Position numbers and translations under genes: made by a program | Part shown: positions 30,714 to 40,720 of the stretch, in pieces | How positions within the stretch are numbered: the stretch's first letter is position 1 | Layout: the number at the start of each line of letters is the position of its first letter | The notes under the pieces: model-generated | Databases searched by the model: none | Told to the model about the DNA's origin: nothing | The model's input: the letters and a program-made list of their open reading frames with translations, nothing else | NCBI GenBank assembly: GCA_964614525.1 | Contig: CAZTPA010000003.1 | Span: 40,136-104,135, forward strand | Length of the DNA stretch: 64,000 bases | Origin: an uncultured Bacteroidales bacterium | GTDB lineage: Bacteria; Bacteroidota; Bacteroidia; Bacteroidales; UBA7960 | Reading direction: 5' to 3'

Positions 30714-30809
30714 GGGTAAGATTGGTACGACCAGCTCCCGCTGAATTCCCCCAGGATCGGAAGATAGCAAGGGTAAGTGGTCGTAGCGGTGCGATACCAA
30801 ATCTTACCC
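30714..30809 (+). ncRNA. ffs: Signal recognition particle RNA (small 4.5S-type)
   Basis: The 5' GGGTAAGATTGGTA pairs with the 3' TACCAAATCTTACCC. The apical region CCCCCAGGATCGGAAGATAGCAAGGGTAAG carries the conserved domain IV CAGG..GGAA..AGCA..GG pattern. A T-run (ttttttatt) follows. Confidence 0.85.
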
Positions 30810-30838
30810 TTTTTTATTAATCTCCAATCTACTCATTT

Positions 30839-31486
30839 ATGAAATTCTTTATCGATACAGCAAACCTGAATGAAATTCGCGAAGCTAATGATCTCGGAAT
30901 ATTAGATGGTGTCACTACTAATCCTTCACTGATGGCAAAAGAAGGCATAAAAGGACATGACAATATTCTTAAGCACTATGTTGATATTTGCAATATAGTT
31001 GATGGAGACGTTAGTGCAGAGGTTATAGCAACAGATTTTGAAGGTATAATCAGAGAAGGGGAAGCTTTGGCTGCATTGCATCCACAAATTGTGGTTAAAG
31101 TGCCAATGATTAAAGAAGGGATCAAAGCAATTAGATATTTTACCGATAAAGGAATTAAAACAAACTGTACTTTGGTTTTTTCTGCAGGACAGGCTATTCT
31201 GGCTGCAAAAGCCGGGGCTACTTATGTTTCTCCTTTTATTGGGCGACTTGATGATATTTCTACAGATGGAGTAGAGCTTATTGAACAAATAGTCCATATT
31301 TATGATCAATATGCATATCCTACTCAGGTCTTAGCTGCAAGTATAAGGCATACAATGCATATTGTTAAATGTGCCGAAGCCGGTGCAGACGTTTGTACTT
31401 GTCCGTTGGAACCAATACTTGGTCTTTTAAAACATCCTCTTACCGATATTGGATTAGAAAAGTTTTTGGCAGATCACAAGAAATAA
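30839..31486 (+). CDS. Fructose-6-phosphate aldolase / short transaldolase family protein
   Basis: 215 aa with [36 protein letters not shown] (Schiff-base Lys region) and [13 protein letters not shown]. Confidence 0.9.
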   Translation: MKFFIDTANLNEIREANDLGILDGVTTNPSLMAKEGIKGHDNILKHYVDICNIVDGDVSAEVIATDFEGIIREGEALAALHPQIVVKVPMIKEGIKAIRYFTDKGIKTNCTLVFSAGQAILAAKAGATYVSPFIGRLDDISTDGVELIEQIVHIYDQYAYPTQVLAASIRHTMHIVKCAEAGADVCTCPLEPILGLLKHPLTDIGLEKFLADHKK

Positions 31487-31621
31487 TTTTATTCAAATAT
31501 ATTTTGTGGATGGTTTCGGCTTATAAATCCGAAATCCAGACTGATATACGACACATTTTATAATCATCATCTTACACCTTTTTTACTATCTTTGTCTTCA
31601 GAATTAACCATATTTATTATC

Positions 31622-33010
31622 ATGAAGATACTGAGAATAATTGCATTGCTGTTTTTGGCTTTTTTTACATTAAGCATGGCAGATGCTGCAAGAGACGACA
31701 GAGTTAAAAGCAAAATTTTAGAGAATCCTGAAAAAGAATTTATTGTTTTTAAGTTTGAAATAATGGAGCAAATAGCTCCTCCTGCCCTTAGAACAACCCA
31801 GAGAGCTTTTGAAGCCGCAGATACTTTAAATGCGGATTTTATTCTTATTCACATGAATACATACGGCGGTATGGTGGATATTGCTGATTCTATTCGTACC
31901 AGAATAATGCAGTCAACAATTCCTGTTATTGTATTTATTGACAATAATGCTGCTTCTGCAGGGGCTTTATTATCAATTGCTGCTGATCAGATTTATATGC
32001 GTGCCGGTGGAAATATTGGAGCAGCTACCGTTGTTGATCAATCCGGAGAAGTGGTTCCTGATAAATACCAATCATATATGCGTTCAATGATGAGATCTAC
32101 CGCAGAGTCTAAGGGACGTGACCCGGAGGTTGCACAGGCTATGGTTGATCCGTCATACGAAGTTCCCGGAATTAGTGAGGAAGGTAAAGTGCTTACCTTT
32201 ACTTCTTCAGAAGCTCTAGAGCATGGGTTTTGCGAAGGAATTGCAGAAAATGTTGATGAAGTGCTTGAGATAGCCGGCATACAGAATTATCAAATTATAG
32301 AACAGAAACTTACTGCAATTGATTATATCATAAATTTTTTAATAAATCCTGTTGTTAGCGGCCTGTTAATAATGCTAATATTAGGTGGTATTTATTTTGA
32401 ACTGCAAACACCGGGTGTGGGCTTCCCGATTTTACTTGCATTACTTGCGGCAGTTATGTATTTTGCTCCCTATTATATCGAAGGACTTGCATCTAATTTA
32501 GAATTGATTCTGTTTGGATTAGGTCTGGTGCTTATTGCAATTGAAATATTTGCAATACCAGGTTTTGGCGTAACAGGGGTTTTGGGTATTCTTTCGATTA
32601 TTTCCGGATTGGCATTGGCAATGGTCGGAAATAGAGGTTTTGATTTTTCTGGTGTATCGGTCATAGAAATATTGGTTTCCTTTTTAATTGTTATAATTGC
32701 ATTTTTTGCTTCACTTTCCATTTCAATATATATCAGCCAGAAAGTATTAGCTACCAATCGTTTTGGTTCTTTTGCCCTTGATACTGTCCAAGACACAAAT
32801 GAAGGATATACTTCAACTGATGTTAGAATGAAAGATATACTTGGTAAAACAGGCATTGCTTTTACTGTTTTACGCCCAAGCGGAAAAATTGAAATTGATG
32901 ATGAGGTATATGATGCAACAGCCTTAACAGGATATATTGATAAAGGCGAGAATATTAAAGTTGTCAAATATGAAACTTCACAGGTTTTTGTTGTGAAAGC
33001 TAAAGTATAA
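31622..33010 (+). CDS. NfeD-family membrane-bound ClpP-class serine protease
   Basis: The N-terminal ClpP-like fold (ILIHMNTYGGMVDIADSI...FIDNNAASAGALLSIAADQIYM) is followed by 4-5 TM helices and a C-terminal OB-like NfeD domain (GKTGIAFTVLRPSGKIEIDDEVYDA). The track ORF begins at TTG 31592; the ATG at 31622 gives the signal-like MKILRIIALLFLAFF. Confidence 0.7.
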   Translation: MKILRIIALLFLAFFTLSMADAARDDRVKSKILENPEKEFIVFKFEIMEQIAPPALRTTQRAFEAADTLNADFILIHMNTYGGMVDIADSIRTRIMQSTIPVIVFIDNNAASAGALLSIAADQIYMRAGGNIGAATVVDQSGEVVPDKYQSYMRSMMRSTAESKGRDPEVAQAMVDPSYEVPGISEEGKVLTFTSSEALEHGFCEGIAENVDEVLEIAGIQNYQIIEQKLTAIDYIINFLINPVVSGLLIMLILGGIYFELQTPGVGFPILLALLAAVMYFAPYYIEGLASNLELILFGLGLVLIAIEIFAIPGFGVTGVLGILSIISGLALAMVGNRGFDFSGVSVIEILVSFLIVIIAFFASLSISIYISQKVLATNRFGSFALDTVQDTNEGYTSTDVRMKDILGKTGIAFTVLRPSGKIEIDDEVYDATALTGYIDKGENIKVVKYETSQVFVVKAKV

Positions 33011-33023
33011 AAAGTATTTTGCT

Positions 33024-33554
33024 ATGATTAAGAAAAAATTTCAGGACATTACAATTGAACTTATCAAGGGTGATATTACAAATCAACCTGATATTGACGT
33101 AATCGTTAATGCTGCTAATGCATTTTTGCGTAATGGTGGTGGCGTTGCCGGTGCTATACATGCTGCTGCCGGTGAAGAGCTTGAGAAAGAATCCGTTTCT
33201 CTTGGACCTATAAAGCCCGGACAAGCTGTTATTACAAGAGCCTACAACTTGCCTAATAAGAATGTAATCCATTGTCTTGGCCCTGTTTATCAAAGAGACC
33301 TTCCCCATGATGAACTCCTTGCTTCTTGTTATAAAAATGCATTAGAATTGGCAGATAAGTACTCACTGAAAAGTATCGCATTTCCTGCTATTTCAACCGG
33401 AGCTTTTGGATATCCGGTAGAAGAAGCATCCAAAGTAGCACTTAATGCTATCAAAGAGAAAACTCCCTTTCTTAATTCTGTTAAAATTGTTAGAATGGTA
33501 TTATTTTCTGAAAGTGATTATCGCGAGCATGAAAGTATATTTAAAAAATTATAA
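33024..33554 (+). CDS. Macro domain protein (MacroD/YmdB-like O-acetyl-ADP-ribose deacetylase)
   Basis: 176 aa with GDITNQPDIDVIVNAANAFLRNGGGVAGAIHAAAG and SIAFPAISTGAFGYP, the canonical macrodomain motifs. Confidence 0.85.
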   Translation: MIKKKFQDITIELIKGDITNQPDIDVIVNAANAFLRNGGGVAGAIHAAAGEELEKESVSLGPIKPGQAVITRAYNLPNKNVIHCLGPVYQRDLPHDELLASCYKNALELADKYSLKSIAFPAISTGAFGYPVEEASKVALNAIKEKTPFLNSVKIVRMVLFSESDYREHESIFKKL

Positions 33555-33578
33555 GAGAGATAGCATTATTTAGTTTTT

Positions 33579-34520
33579 ATGAACATTAAATCTGTTAAAA
33601 TCAATAGTCAGCGCCTTGCCGAAGGTCAGTATTATTCATTTAAAATTGTAAAAACAATTTCATTAAATGATGAAATGAACTATTTTGTCCTTACGGATAC
33701 GAAAGGTTACAAAATTCTAATGCCTGCTGATTTTTATAAAGAATATGGTTTTGAAACAGGACAGATTATTAATTGCAGAGTTGATAAAATCAATTGTAAC
33801 GGACGAATTTTTCTTGAACCTCAACATCCTGTTTATGAAGAGGGTAAAATTTATGTTTTCGATGTTATTGATTCAGGAATCAGGAAAAATATATTAGACG
33901 AAGATGAAGCTTTTTTTGTTGTAGAGGATAAATTGGGGAAACATCGGACAGTAAACTCAACTCATCTTACTAATCCTCAATTATTACAGCAAAAACAAAT
34001 TGAATGCTATGTGGAAAGAATAAAAAAGGGAATGCTCTTTTTAAGACTGGCAAATGAATCAACAGATTCAAATATCCTTAAAGTAGGAGAGGAGTATGAT
34101 TTTAAAGTGCTGGAAGAAAGAAATAATCCTGATGATAATCTAAAATATTTCATTCTGCTTGGACCCGATGACGAAAAACACCTTTTAAAAAAAAAGTATT
34201 ATACACATTACGGAATTGGCATAGGTGATGTTTTGAAGTGTAGGGTAATTAAATTTAATTCTGAAGGTTATTTTTTCCTGGAACCCAAAAATCCATATTA
34301 CAATATTGGAGAAATTTTTGAATTCCCGATAAAACGATTTGAGGAAATTGAATATTCAGATGGCTTTAAACAAAAGCTTGTTGTTTTGGAAGATGTGTTT
34401 AAAGATGAAATAAATGTTTTTATTGATGATAAAGAATATGAAACACTCAAAGACAAAAAATTAGCTAAGGCACGTATAGAGAATATCCGAAAAAGCAGAT
34501 TGGAGTTAGTTCTTATTTGA
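33579..34520 (+). CDS. Hypothetical protein built from two tandem ~150-aa modules (OB/S1-like beta-rich repeats?)
   Basis: 313 aa. The first half (GQYYSFKIVK..YFVLTDTKGYKILMP..GQIINCRVDKINCNGRIFLEPQHPVYEEGKIYVFDV) is mirrored by the second (GEEYDFKVLE..YFILLGPDDEKHLLKK..GDVLKCRVIKFNSEGYFFLEPKNPYYNIGEIFEFPI). Confidence 0.5.
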   Translation: MNIKSVKINSQRLAEGQYYSFKIVKTISLNDEMNYFVLTDTKGYKILMPADFYKEYGFETGQIINCRVDKINCNGRIFLEPQHPVYEEGKIYVFDVIDSGIRKNILDEDEAFFVVEDKLGKHRTVNSTHLTNPQLLQQKQIECYVERIKKGMLFLRLANESTDSNILKVGEEYDFKVLEERNNPDDNLKYFILLGPDDEKHLLKKKYYTHYGIGIGDVLKCRVIKFNSEGYFFLEPKNPYYNIGEIFEFPIKRFEEIEYSDGFKQKLVVLEDVFKDEINVFIDDKEYETLKDKKLAKARIENIRKSRLELVLI

Positions 34521-34803
34521 ATATTATATCCCTGATTATATTCTCATCAAATTCCTCATTGATGTTTTTTATAATTTTTGTTTTGGCATAATTCAACTCA
34601 TTACGAAGTGGAGCCGATTTTAAAGTAACAATCAGTATGTTTTTCTCATAAACAATCTTTTCTGTATATTGGAAAATTTGGGGACCCATGATTTTTTCCC
34701 ATGACGCCATTATTTTATTTTCATTGATTTTATCACTCCAACGTAATTCACTAATTACGCTTTTAATTATATCACCCAATGATTGCTCGTTTGCTTTTTT
34801 CAC
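34513..34803 (-). CDS. DUF721 (DciA-like) protein downstream of recF
   Basis: 96 aa. The conserved position right after recF and the W..i.G..i...t......g.L.v...s......el pattern (WEKIMGPQIFQYTEKIVYEKNILIVTLKSAPLRNEL) support the call. Confidence 0.6.
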   Translation of the reverse strand: MKKANEQSLGDIIKSVISELRWSDKINENKIMASWEKIMGPQIFQYTEKIVYEKNILIVTLKSAPLRNELNYAKTKIIKNINEEFDENIIRDIIFK

Positions 34804-34828
34804 TTTTTAAATGTTTTTTTTCTAAAGG

Positions 34829-35944
34829 CTATCCCTTTATTTCTTTCACCATTCCATTATCAACTTCAAAAATCTTTGTTTCTGTTTTTATTGCAGAAAA
34901 AATTTTTTCTAATCTTCCGGCATCTGTATCTGTGACAAATATTTGCCCAAAAGTATTTTCACTTACCAGTTTCATTAACTGAGTAACGCGGTGTTCATCC
35001 AGCTTGTCAAAAATATCATCAAAAAGCATAATAGGATTAAGCTCTTTTACCCTTTTCGTAAAAGCAAATTGAGCAAGTTTCAGTGCAATTATAAATGACT
35101 TTTGCTGGCCCTGGCTTCCAAATTTCTTTACAGGATAATTGTTTATTATAAACTCCAGATTATCCTTATGTATTCCTTTAGTTGTAAATTGAGCATAAGT
35201 ATCACTTTGCCTTGAATCTTTTAATAAATTTTCAAAACTATCATCATTTAAATGAGAAATATAATTAATACTTACATTTTCCTCTGCGTGAGTTAAAAAT
35301 GAATAATATTCAGAAAAAACCGGTAAAAATTCATCAAAGAACAACTTCCTTTGTTCATATAAATAACTTCCATGTTCAATAAGCTGCTCATCCCACACTT
35401 CCAAGGATGATTCATCAAAAAATTTCTTTTCGGCAAAACTTTTCAGTAATGTATTTCTTTGTAATAAGGCTCTTTTATAATGAAGTAAAACATGCAAATA
35501 CTCTTTATTATATTGAGATATAACTCCATCCACAAACTTCCTTCTATCCTCGCTGCCACCCAAAAGCAGGTTTACATCTCCAGGATGAACCAAAACCAGT
35601 GGATAAAGCCCAATATGATCGGACAGACGGTCATAAACTTTCTTATTGCGCTTAAAAATTTTATTTTGATTCCTTTTCATACCGCAGTGTAGTTCATCTG
35701 TTTTTCCATTCATTTTATAATTGCCGCGAATTACAAAAAAATCAAAGTCATGATGAATATTCTGAGAATCAATAGGATTAGAAAAGCTTTTACAAAATGA
35801 TAAATAATATATTGCATCAAGCAAATTTGTCTTTCCTGATGCATTTTTACCTGTGAAGCAATTTACCTTTGGACTAAACTCAAGGTTTGCTTCATTGTAA
35901 TTTTTGAAGTTTATTATTGATAAATTTTGCAAAAACATATTCAC
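34829..35944 (-). CDS. recF: DNA replication and repair protein RecF
   Basis: 371 aa with FTGKNASGKTNLLDAIY (Walker A), GSQGQQKS (ABC signature-like) and MLFDDIFDKLD (Walker B). Confidence 0.9.
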   Translation of the reverse strand: MNMFLQNLSIINFKNYNEANLEFSPKVNCFTGKNASGKTNLLDAIYYLSFCKSFSNPIDSQNIHHDFDFFVIRGNYKMNGKTDELHCGMKRNQNKIFKRNKKVYDRLSDHIGLYPLVLVHPGDVNLLLGGSEDRRKFVDGVISQYNKEYLHVLLHYKRALLQRNTLLKSFAEKKFFDESSLEVWDEQLIEHGSYLYEQRKLFFDEFLPVFSEYYSFLTHAEENVSINYISHLNDDSFENLLKDSRQSDTYAQFTTKGIHKDNLEFIINNYPVKKFGSQGQQKSFIIALKLAQFAFTKRVKELNPIMLFDDIFDKLDEHRVTQLMKLVSENTFGQIFVTDTDAGRLEKIFSAIKTETKIFEVDNGMVKEIKG

Positions 35945-36318
35945 TTTATTATGTATTACAAAAGTACCATATTTTTTAGATTCATTTAATTAATAAGAAC
36001 TAAAGCACATCTTTGTTTTATGCTATGATTAAGAAATTATAAACGCAAATGTCAGTTTTTTAATCTTTTATTGTCCTGATATATTCAATATCAAATTATT
36101 TGTTGTTGAGAAATTTGATATCAAATTTTATCTGATTCAAATCATACATATTTTATTTACAGCCTCTTAAAAAATCAAAAAATGAATAATGGGATGATAT
36201 ATTATTATACTTTTGTTTATGTATGAAGACTAAATCAATATGAATACTTTTTTGCATTTAGACATACCTGAAAGGACAGTCTAATAAAAATTATTATTAA
36301 CCAAAACACACAAATAGC

Positions 36319-38427
36319 ATGAAAAGATTATTTTTATTTTTAATTCCATTGAGCATTTTTATGACAAATTGCGAAACTGACAAAAATCCGTTTTTTTCTG
36401 AGTACAATACTCCATTTGATTCTCCGCCATTTGATCGCATAGAGGAAGATCATTATATGCCTGCTTATGAAGAGGCTATGAAGCAGCACAGGGCTGAGAT
36501 TGATGCAATTATAAGCAATCCTGACGAAGCGGATTTTGAAAATACTATTCTTGCATATGATAATGCCGGTGAGTTAATGAGCAAGGTAGGATCTGTTTTT
36601 TTTGGTGTTAGAAGCGCAAATACAAATGACCGCATGAATGAGATTGCTCGTGAGCTTAATCCGATTTTGTCTGCTCACAGCAATTCTATACGTCTGGATC
36701 AGGATTTGTTTGCACGCATTCAAGATGTTTATAACAAAAGAGAAGAGCTTAATCTTGATAAAGAGCAGATGATACTTGTTGAGAAAATATACAGAGATTT
36801 TGAGCGTGCTGGAGCTGCACTGCCTGAAGAAGATCGGGAAAAATTAAAAAAGATAAATGAACGTATGTCAATGCTTTCATTAGAACTGGGAGAAAATGTT
36901 TTAGATGAAACTAACGACTTCAAACTTGTTCTCGAAACTGAAGAGGACTTGGCAGGATTGCCTGAATCTGTTATTTCTGCTGCAGCTGACGCAGCGAAAG
37001 AGGCTGATATGGAAGGCAAGTGGGTAATTACGCTTCATAAGCCCAGCTGGATTCCGTTTTTGCAGCATTCTACAAGAAGAGATCTTCGTGAAAAAGTTTA
37101 TAAGGCTTACTACATGAGGGGAAATAACGGTAATGATAATGATAATAAAAAATTGTTTGCCGAATTAATGAAACTTCGCAGAGAATATGCAAACTTGCTT
37201 GGCTTCGATAATTATGCTGAATTTTTTAATGAGATACAAATGGCAGAGAAACCGGAGAATGTATATAGCTTTCTTCACCAGGTTTGGGAACCTGCGCTAA
37301 AAAGAGCCAAAAGCGAACTCGATCAAATGCAGAAAATAATTGATAGAGAAGGTGGTGACTTTGAACTTGAATCGTGGGACTGGTGGCACTATGCCGAGAA
37401 ATTACGTAAAGAAAAATATGATCTTGATGATGCAGAGCTTAAACCTTATTTTACTATTGAAAATGTTAGAAACGGCTCATTCCTTCTGGCTAATAAACTT
37501 TATGGGATAAGCTTTGAAAAGCTTGATAATGTGCCTGTTTATCATGAAGAAGTTGAAGCTTATGAAGTTAAAGAAGAAGATGGAACTCATCTGGCAGTAT
37601 TATTTATAGATCCACATCCACGCGCCGGCAAAAGAGGTGGAGCATGGTGTGGTTCATACAGAAGCGGTGCTTACGATGAAAATGGAGAAAAAATAACCCC
37701 TATTGTTACTATGGTTATGAACTTTTCACGACCTAGTGGTGACAAACCCGCTATGCTTAGCTGGGATGAAACAACAACTTATTTTCATGAATTTGGACAT
37801 GCTTTGCATAATTTCTTCGCTGATGGTAAATATAGAAGAACCAGCAGAAGTGTACCCCGCGATTTTGTCGAGCTTCCATCTCAGATTTGTGAAAATTGGG
37901 CAAGTGAAACTGAAATGCTAAAAGAATATGCTCTGCATTATGAAACAGGAGAACCTATTCCTGATGAGCTGATTAAAAAAATACAAAATAGTGCACACTT
38001 TAATCAGGGATTTGTTACTGTTGAGTATGTGGCTGCAGCTCTTCTTGATATGGACTGGCATACCGCTGATTTTTCTGATATTGATGTTGAAAATATTGAT
38101 GTTGAAGAATTTGAAAAGCAATCTATGAACAATATTGGTTTAATTGATGAAATTATTCCAAGATATAAAACAACTTATTTTAATCATATTTTTGGAACAG
38201 GATATGCCGCCGGATATTATGTTTATCTGTGGGCAGGAGTTTTAGATTCAGATGCTTTTTATGCTTTCAAAGAATCAGGAGATCTTTTTAATAAGGAATT
38301 AGCTGATAAGTTTAGAAAATATATCCTTGCTAATAATAGCATATATGAGGGTATGGAAGCTTATGTTAATTTTAGAGGAGAAGAACCTTCTATTGAACCT
38401 CTTCTTGAAAAAAGAGGTATGAAATAG
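36319..38427 (+). CDS. dcp: M3-family peptidyl-dipeptidase (Dcp) lipoprotein
   Basis: 702 aa with a signal and lipobox (LSIFMTNC) and the HEFGHALH zinc motif within the M3 fold. Confidence 0.9.
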   Translation: MKRLFLFLIPLSIFMTNCETDKNPFFSEYNTPFDSPPFDRIEEDHYMPAYEEAMKQHRAEIDAIISNPDEADFENTILAYDNAGELMSKVGSVFFGVRSANTNDRMNEIARELNPILSAHSNSIRLDQDLFARIQDVYNKREELNLDKEQMILVEKIYRDFERAGAALPEEDREKLKKINERMSMLSLELGENVLDETNDFKLVLETEEDLAGLPESVISAAADAAKEADMEGKWVITLHKPSWIPFLQHSTRRDLREKVYKAYYMRGNNGNDNDNKKLFAELMKLRREYANLLGFDNYAEFFNEIQMAEKPENVYSFLHQVWEPALKRAKSELDQMQKIIDREGGDFELESWDWWHYAEKLRKEKYDLDDAELKPYFTIENVRNGSFLLANKLYGISFEKLDNVPVYHEEVEAYEVKEEDGTHLAVLFIDPHPRAGKRGGAWCGSYRSGAYDENGEKITPIVTMVMNFSRPSGDKPAMLSWDETTTYFHEFGHALHNFFADGKYRRTSRSVPRDFVELPSQICENWASETEMLKEYALHYETGEPIPDELIKKIQNSAHFNQGFVTVEYVAAALLDMDWHTADFSDIDVENIDVEEFEKQSMNNIGLIDEIIPRYKTTYFNHIFGTGYAAGYYVYLWAGVLDSDAFYAFKESGDLFNKELADKFRKYILANNSIYEGMEAYVNFRGEEPSIEPLLEKRGMK

Positions 38428-38448
38428 TACTGAAATTTAATAAATAGA

Positions 38449-38494
38449 AAAAGGCTGTCTGTATTGTCAATTGACTTTTAGACAGCCTTTTTTA
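38449..38494. terminator. Bidirectional terminator hairpin between convergent genes
   Basis: aaaaAGGCTGTCTgtattgtcaattgacttttAGACAGCCTtttttt has a 9-bp perfect stem with an inner TGTCAATTGACT sub-palindrome. A-run and T-run flanks are present. Confidence 0.7.
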
Positions 38495-38511
38495 ATAAAT
38501 AAACAACACTA

Positions 38512-38865
38512 TTAATTACTGCTAAAAAACTCAAATAAGTTATGCTTATGGATCTTCGCTCCATTAGCATAATTTTTAATCTTTCGGATAATATCCATTG
38601 GACTATCAGCAAAATCAACATGAATCATTTTTATGTTAGGATATTTTTGAAGAAATATTTCTTTAAAAGAATGACGATATCTGTCTAACATCATTGGACC
38701 AATCAAAACAAGGTCATGAGGTGTGCTTTCAATCTCTTCACATAAGGAATGATATTTCGTGGCTTTTCCGCAAATAGTTATTTCCGGATCAGAAATTATA
38801 TATGATAAAATTCCATTCAGCATTATATCGCTGCTATCTGCAACAATTATTTTTACTGCGCTCAT
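38512..38865 (-). CDS. Stand-alone receiver-like protein lacking the phospho-acceptor Asp (pseudo-receiver)
   Basis: 117 aa. KIIVADSSDIMLNGI resembles receiver beta1/alpha1, but the acceptor position reads DLVLIGPMM (Gly instead of Asp). Confidence 0.4.
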   Translation of the reverse strand: MSAVKIIVADSSDIMLNGILSYIISDPEITICGKATKYHSLCEEIESTPHDLVLIGPMMLDRYRHSFKEIFLQKYPNIKMIHVDFADSPMDIIRKIKNYANGAKIHKHNLFEFFSSN

Positions 38866-39054
38866 ATTTTATTGATTTATTATTTAGCTCAAAGATATTT
38901 ACAACAAATATATAATCTAACAGTGTTTTTACTCAATATGTATTGTGGAAACACTTAATTTAGAGAATGCATGTATTTCAATGATAATAATACAATCAGG
39001 ATTGATTGAAATCAAAAATTAAGTATGTAAATGACAGGATGAGAAATAAAAAGT

Positions 39055-39702
39055 CTATATATCAATAATCTTATTCTTTATTGCATACTTAATAAGTTCA
39101 ACACTGTTTTTCATGTTGGTTTTCTGCAATATGTGGTTTTTGTGAGATTCAATTGTACGAACACTTAGGAATAACTTTTCTGCAATCTCGCTATTGTTAT
39201 ATCCTTCAGCAAAAAGTTGTAAAACTTCAAGTTCTCTCTTCGTTAAACTAGGCATTAAACCAGATGCTTTCTTCTTTTTGTTGGCATAATTCTTTACAAT
39301 TTCTTCAGATATTGTAGTATGGAAAAAATTTTTGCCGCTGTGTATTGTTTGTATTGCCTCTACCAATTCTTCAGAGGAAACATCTTTAGGAACATAACCA
39401 TCAGCACCGACATCAATTGCATCAGAAATGTTGTTGTAATCAGAATGCATTGAAAGGATAAGTATTTTGATGTCTGAGAAATTCTTTTTAATTGCTGCTG
39501 TTGTTTCTATTCCTGACATATTTGGCATGCTGATGTCAAGCAACATAACATCCGGCTTTACAGTTTTTAATAAGTCTAGTGCTTCTTGTCCGCTATGAGC
39601 TATACCAATAACGTCAATTCTATCCGCACCCATTAAAAACAGACTTATACAATCTGTTACAAGTTTGTGATCATCTACAATTACAACTTTTATTTTTTCC
39701 AT
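39055..39702 (-). CDS. NarL/LuxR-family two-component response regulator
   Basis: 215 aa with KVVIVDDH, DVMLLDISMPNMSG and ILILSMH, plus a C-terminal LuxR HTH (LTKRELEVLQLFAEGYNNSEIAEKLFLSVRTIESHKNHILQK). Confidence 0.9.
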   Translation of the reverse strand: MEKIKVVIVDDHKLVTDCISLFLMGADRIDVIGIAHSGQEALDLLKTVKPDVMLLDISMPNMSGIETTAAIKKNFSDIKILILSMHSDYNNISDAIDVGADGYVPKDVSSEELVEAIQTIHSGKNFFHTTISEEIVKNYANKKKKASGLMPSLTKRELEVLQLFAEGYNNSEIAEKLFLSVRTIESHKNHILQKTNMKNSVELIKYAIKNKIIDI

Positions 39703-39898
39703 GAATTCTTTTTATAAATAATATCTGCCAAAAAATACTTAAGTCTTTTCAAAAGCAGTTTATGTATATTTATGCAAATTAACAACAACTTTATTTATTA
39801 TCAAAATATTTTTCAAACTACATTTAAAAAAGATACTTCTAATTGTTGGTAAATGCATGATTTAATTTAAACAATCATTTTACTTTTATATTTGATCT

Positions 39899-40660
39899 TT
39901 ATATCTTTTTTTGTATTTGGGATGCAGTAGCTTGAGCTTTTGGCATTACCAATAAATCATTTATGCATACATGATCAGGCAAACCGGCTGTAAACACAAC
40001 AATTTCAGCAATATCTTTTCCGCTTAATGGCGTAAATCCTTCATAAACTTTATCAGCTGCTTGCTGATCTCCTTTAAACCTGACAAGGCTAAACTCAGTT
40101 TCTGCGGCACCCGGACTGATTTGACTGACTTTTATACCATGTGGCAATAAATCAATTCTCATTCCTTTTGTTATTGCATCAACTGCGTGCTTGCTTGCAC
40201 AATAAACATTTCCTTTCGGATAAACTTCTCTTCCGGCTATTGATCCAATATTTATTATTTGTCCACTTTTGTTTTCTATCATTAAAGGAATAATTTTTTT
40301 ACTGACATATAATAATCCTTTTACATTAGTATCAATCATATTCTCCCAATCTTCAATTAAACCTTCATCTATTGTATTTAGTCCAAGGGATAAACCGGCA
40401 TTGTTAACTAAAATGTCTATTTTTTTCCAATCTTTTCCAAGGCTGTCAATAGATTTGCTTACCTCATCCTTATTTCTTACATCAAAAGCTAAAGTTTTAA
40501 CTTTGACATTATAAGTAGCAGTTAAACTTTCAGCCAATTTATTCAATCTTTCCTCTCTGCGTCCATTTATTATCAATGAGTAGCCGGATTCTGCAAACTT
40601 TAGGGCGCAAGCCTCACCAATACCGCTCGTTGCACCGCTTATAAAAACAATCTTAGCCAT
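39899..40660 (-). CDS. Short-chain dehydrogenase/reductase (YdfG-like NADP-dependent)
   Basis: 253 aa with FISGATSGIGEA, NNAG, and YCASKHA (the YxxxK catalytic motif). Confidence 0.85.
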   Translation of the reverse strand: MAKIVFISGATSGIGEACALKFAESGYSLIINGRREERLNKLAESLTATYNVKVKTLAFDVRNKDEVSKSIDSLGKDWKKIDILVNNAGLSLGLNTIDEGLIEDWENMIDTNVKGLLYVSKKIIPLMIENKSGQIINIGSIAGREVYPKGNVYCASKHAVDAITKGMRIDLLPHGIKVSQISPGAAETEFSLVRFKGDQQAADKVYEGFTPLSGKDIAEIVVFTAGLPDHVCINDLLVMPKAQATASQIQKKI

Positions 40661-40720
40661 ATTCTGTTTTTCGTCAGATAAAAATGTTAAATAAATAAAA
40701 TAAAGATTAATCTTATAAAA

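Noticed and set aside
33024-33554. Possibility that the macrodomain gene is the antitoxin of a DarTG-type toxin-antitoxin or defence pair
   Set aside because: No DarT (DUF4433) or other ADP-ribosyltransferase-like gene is adjacent. The sequence looks like a housekeeping MacroD/YmdB enzyme, and its neighbours are nfeD and a beta-rich repeat protein.
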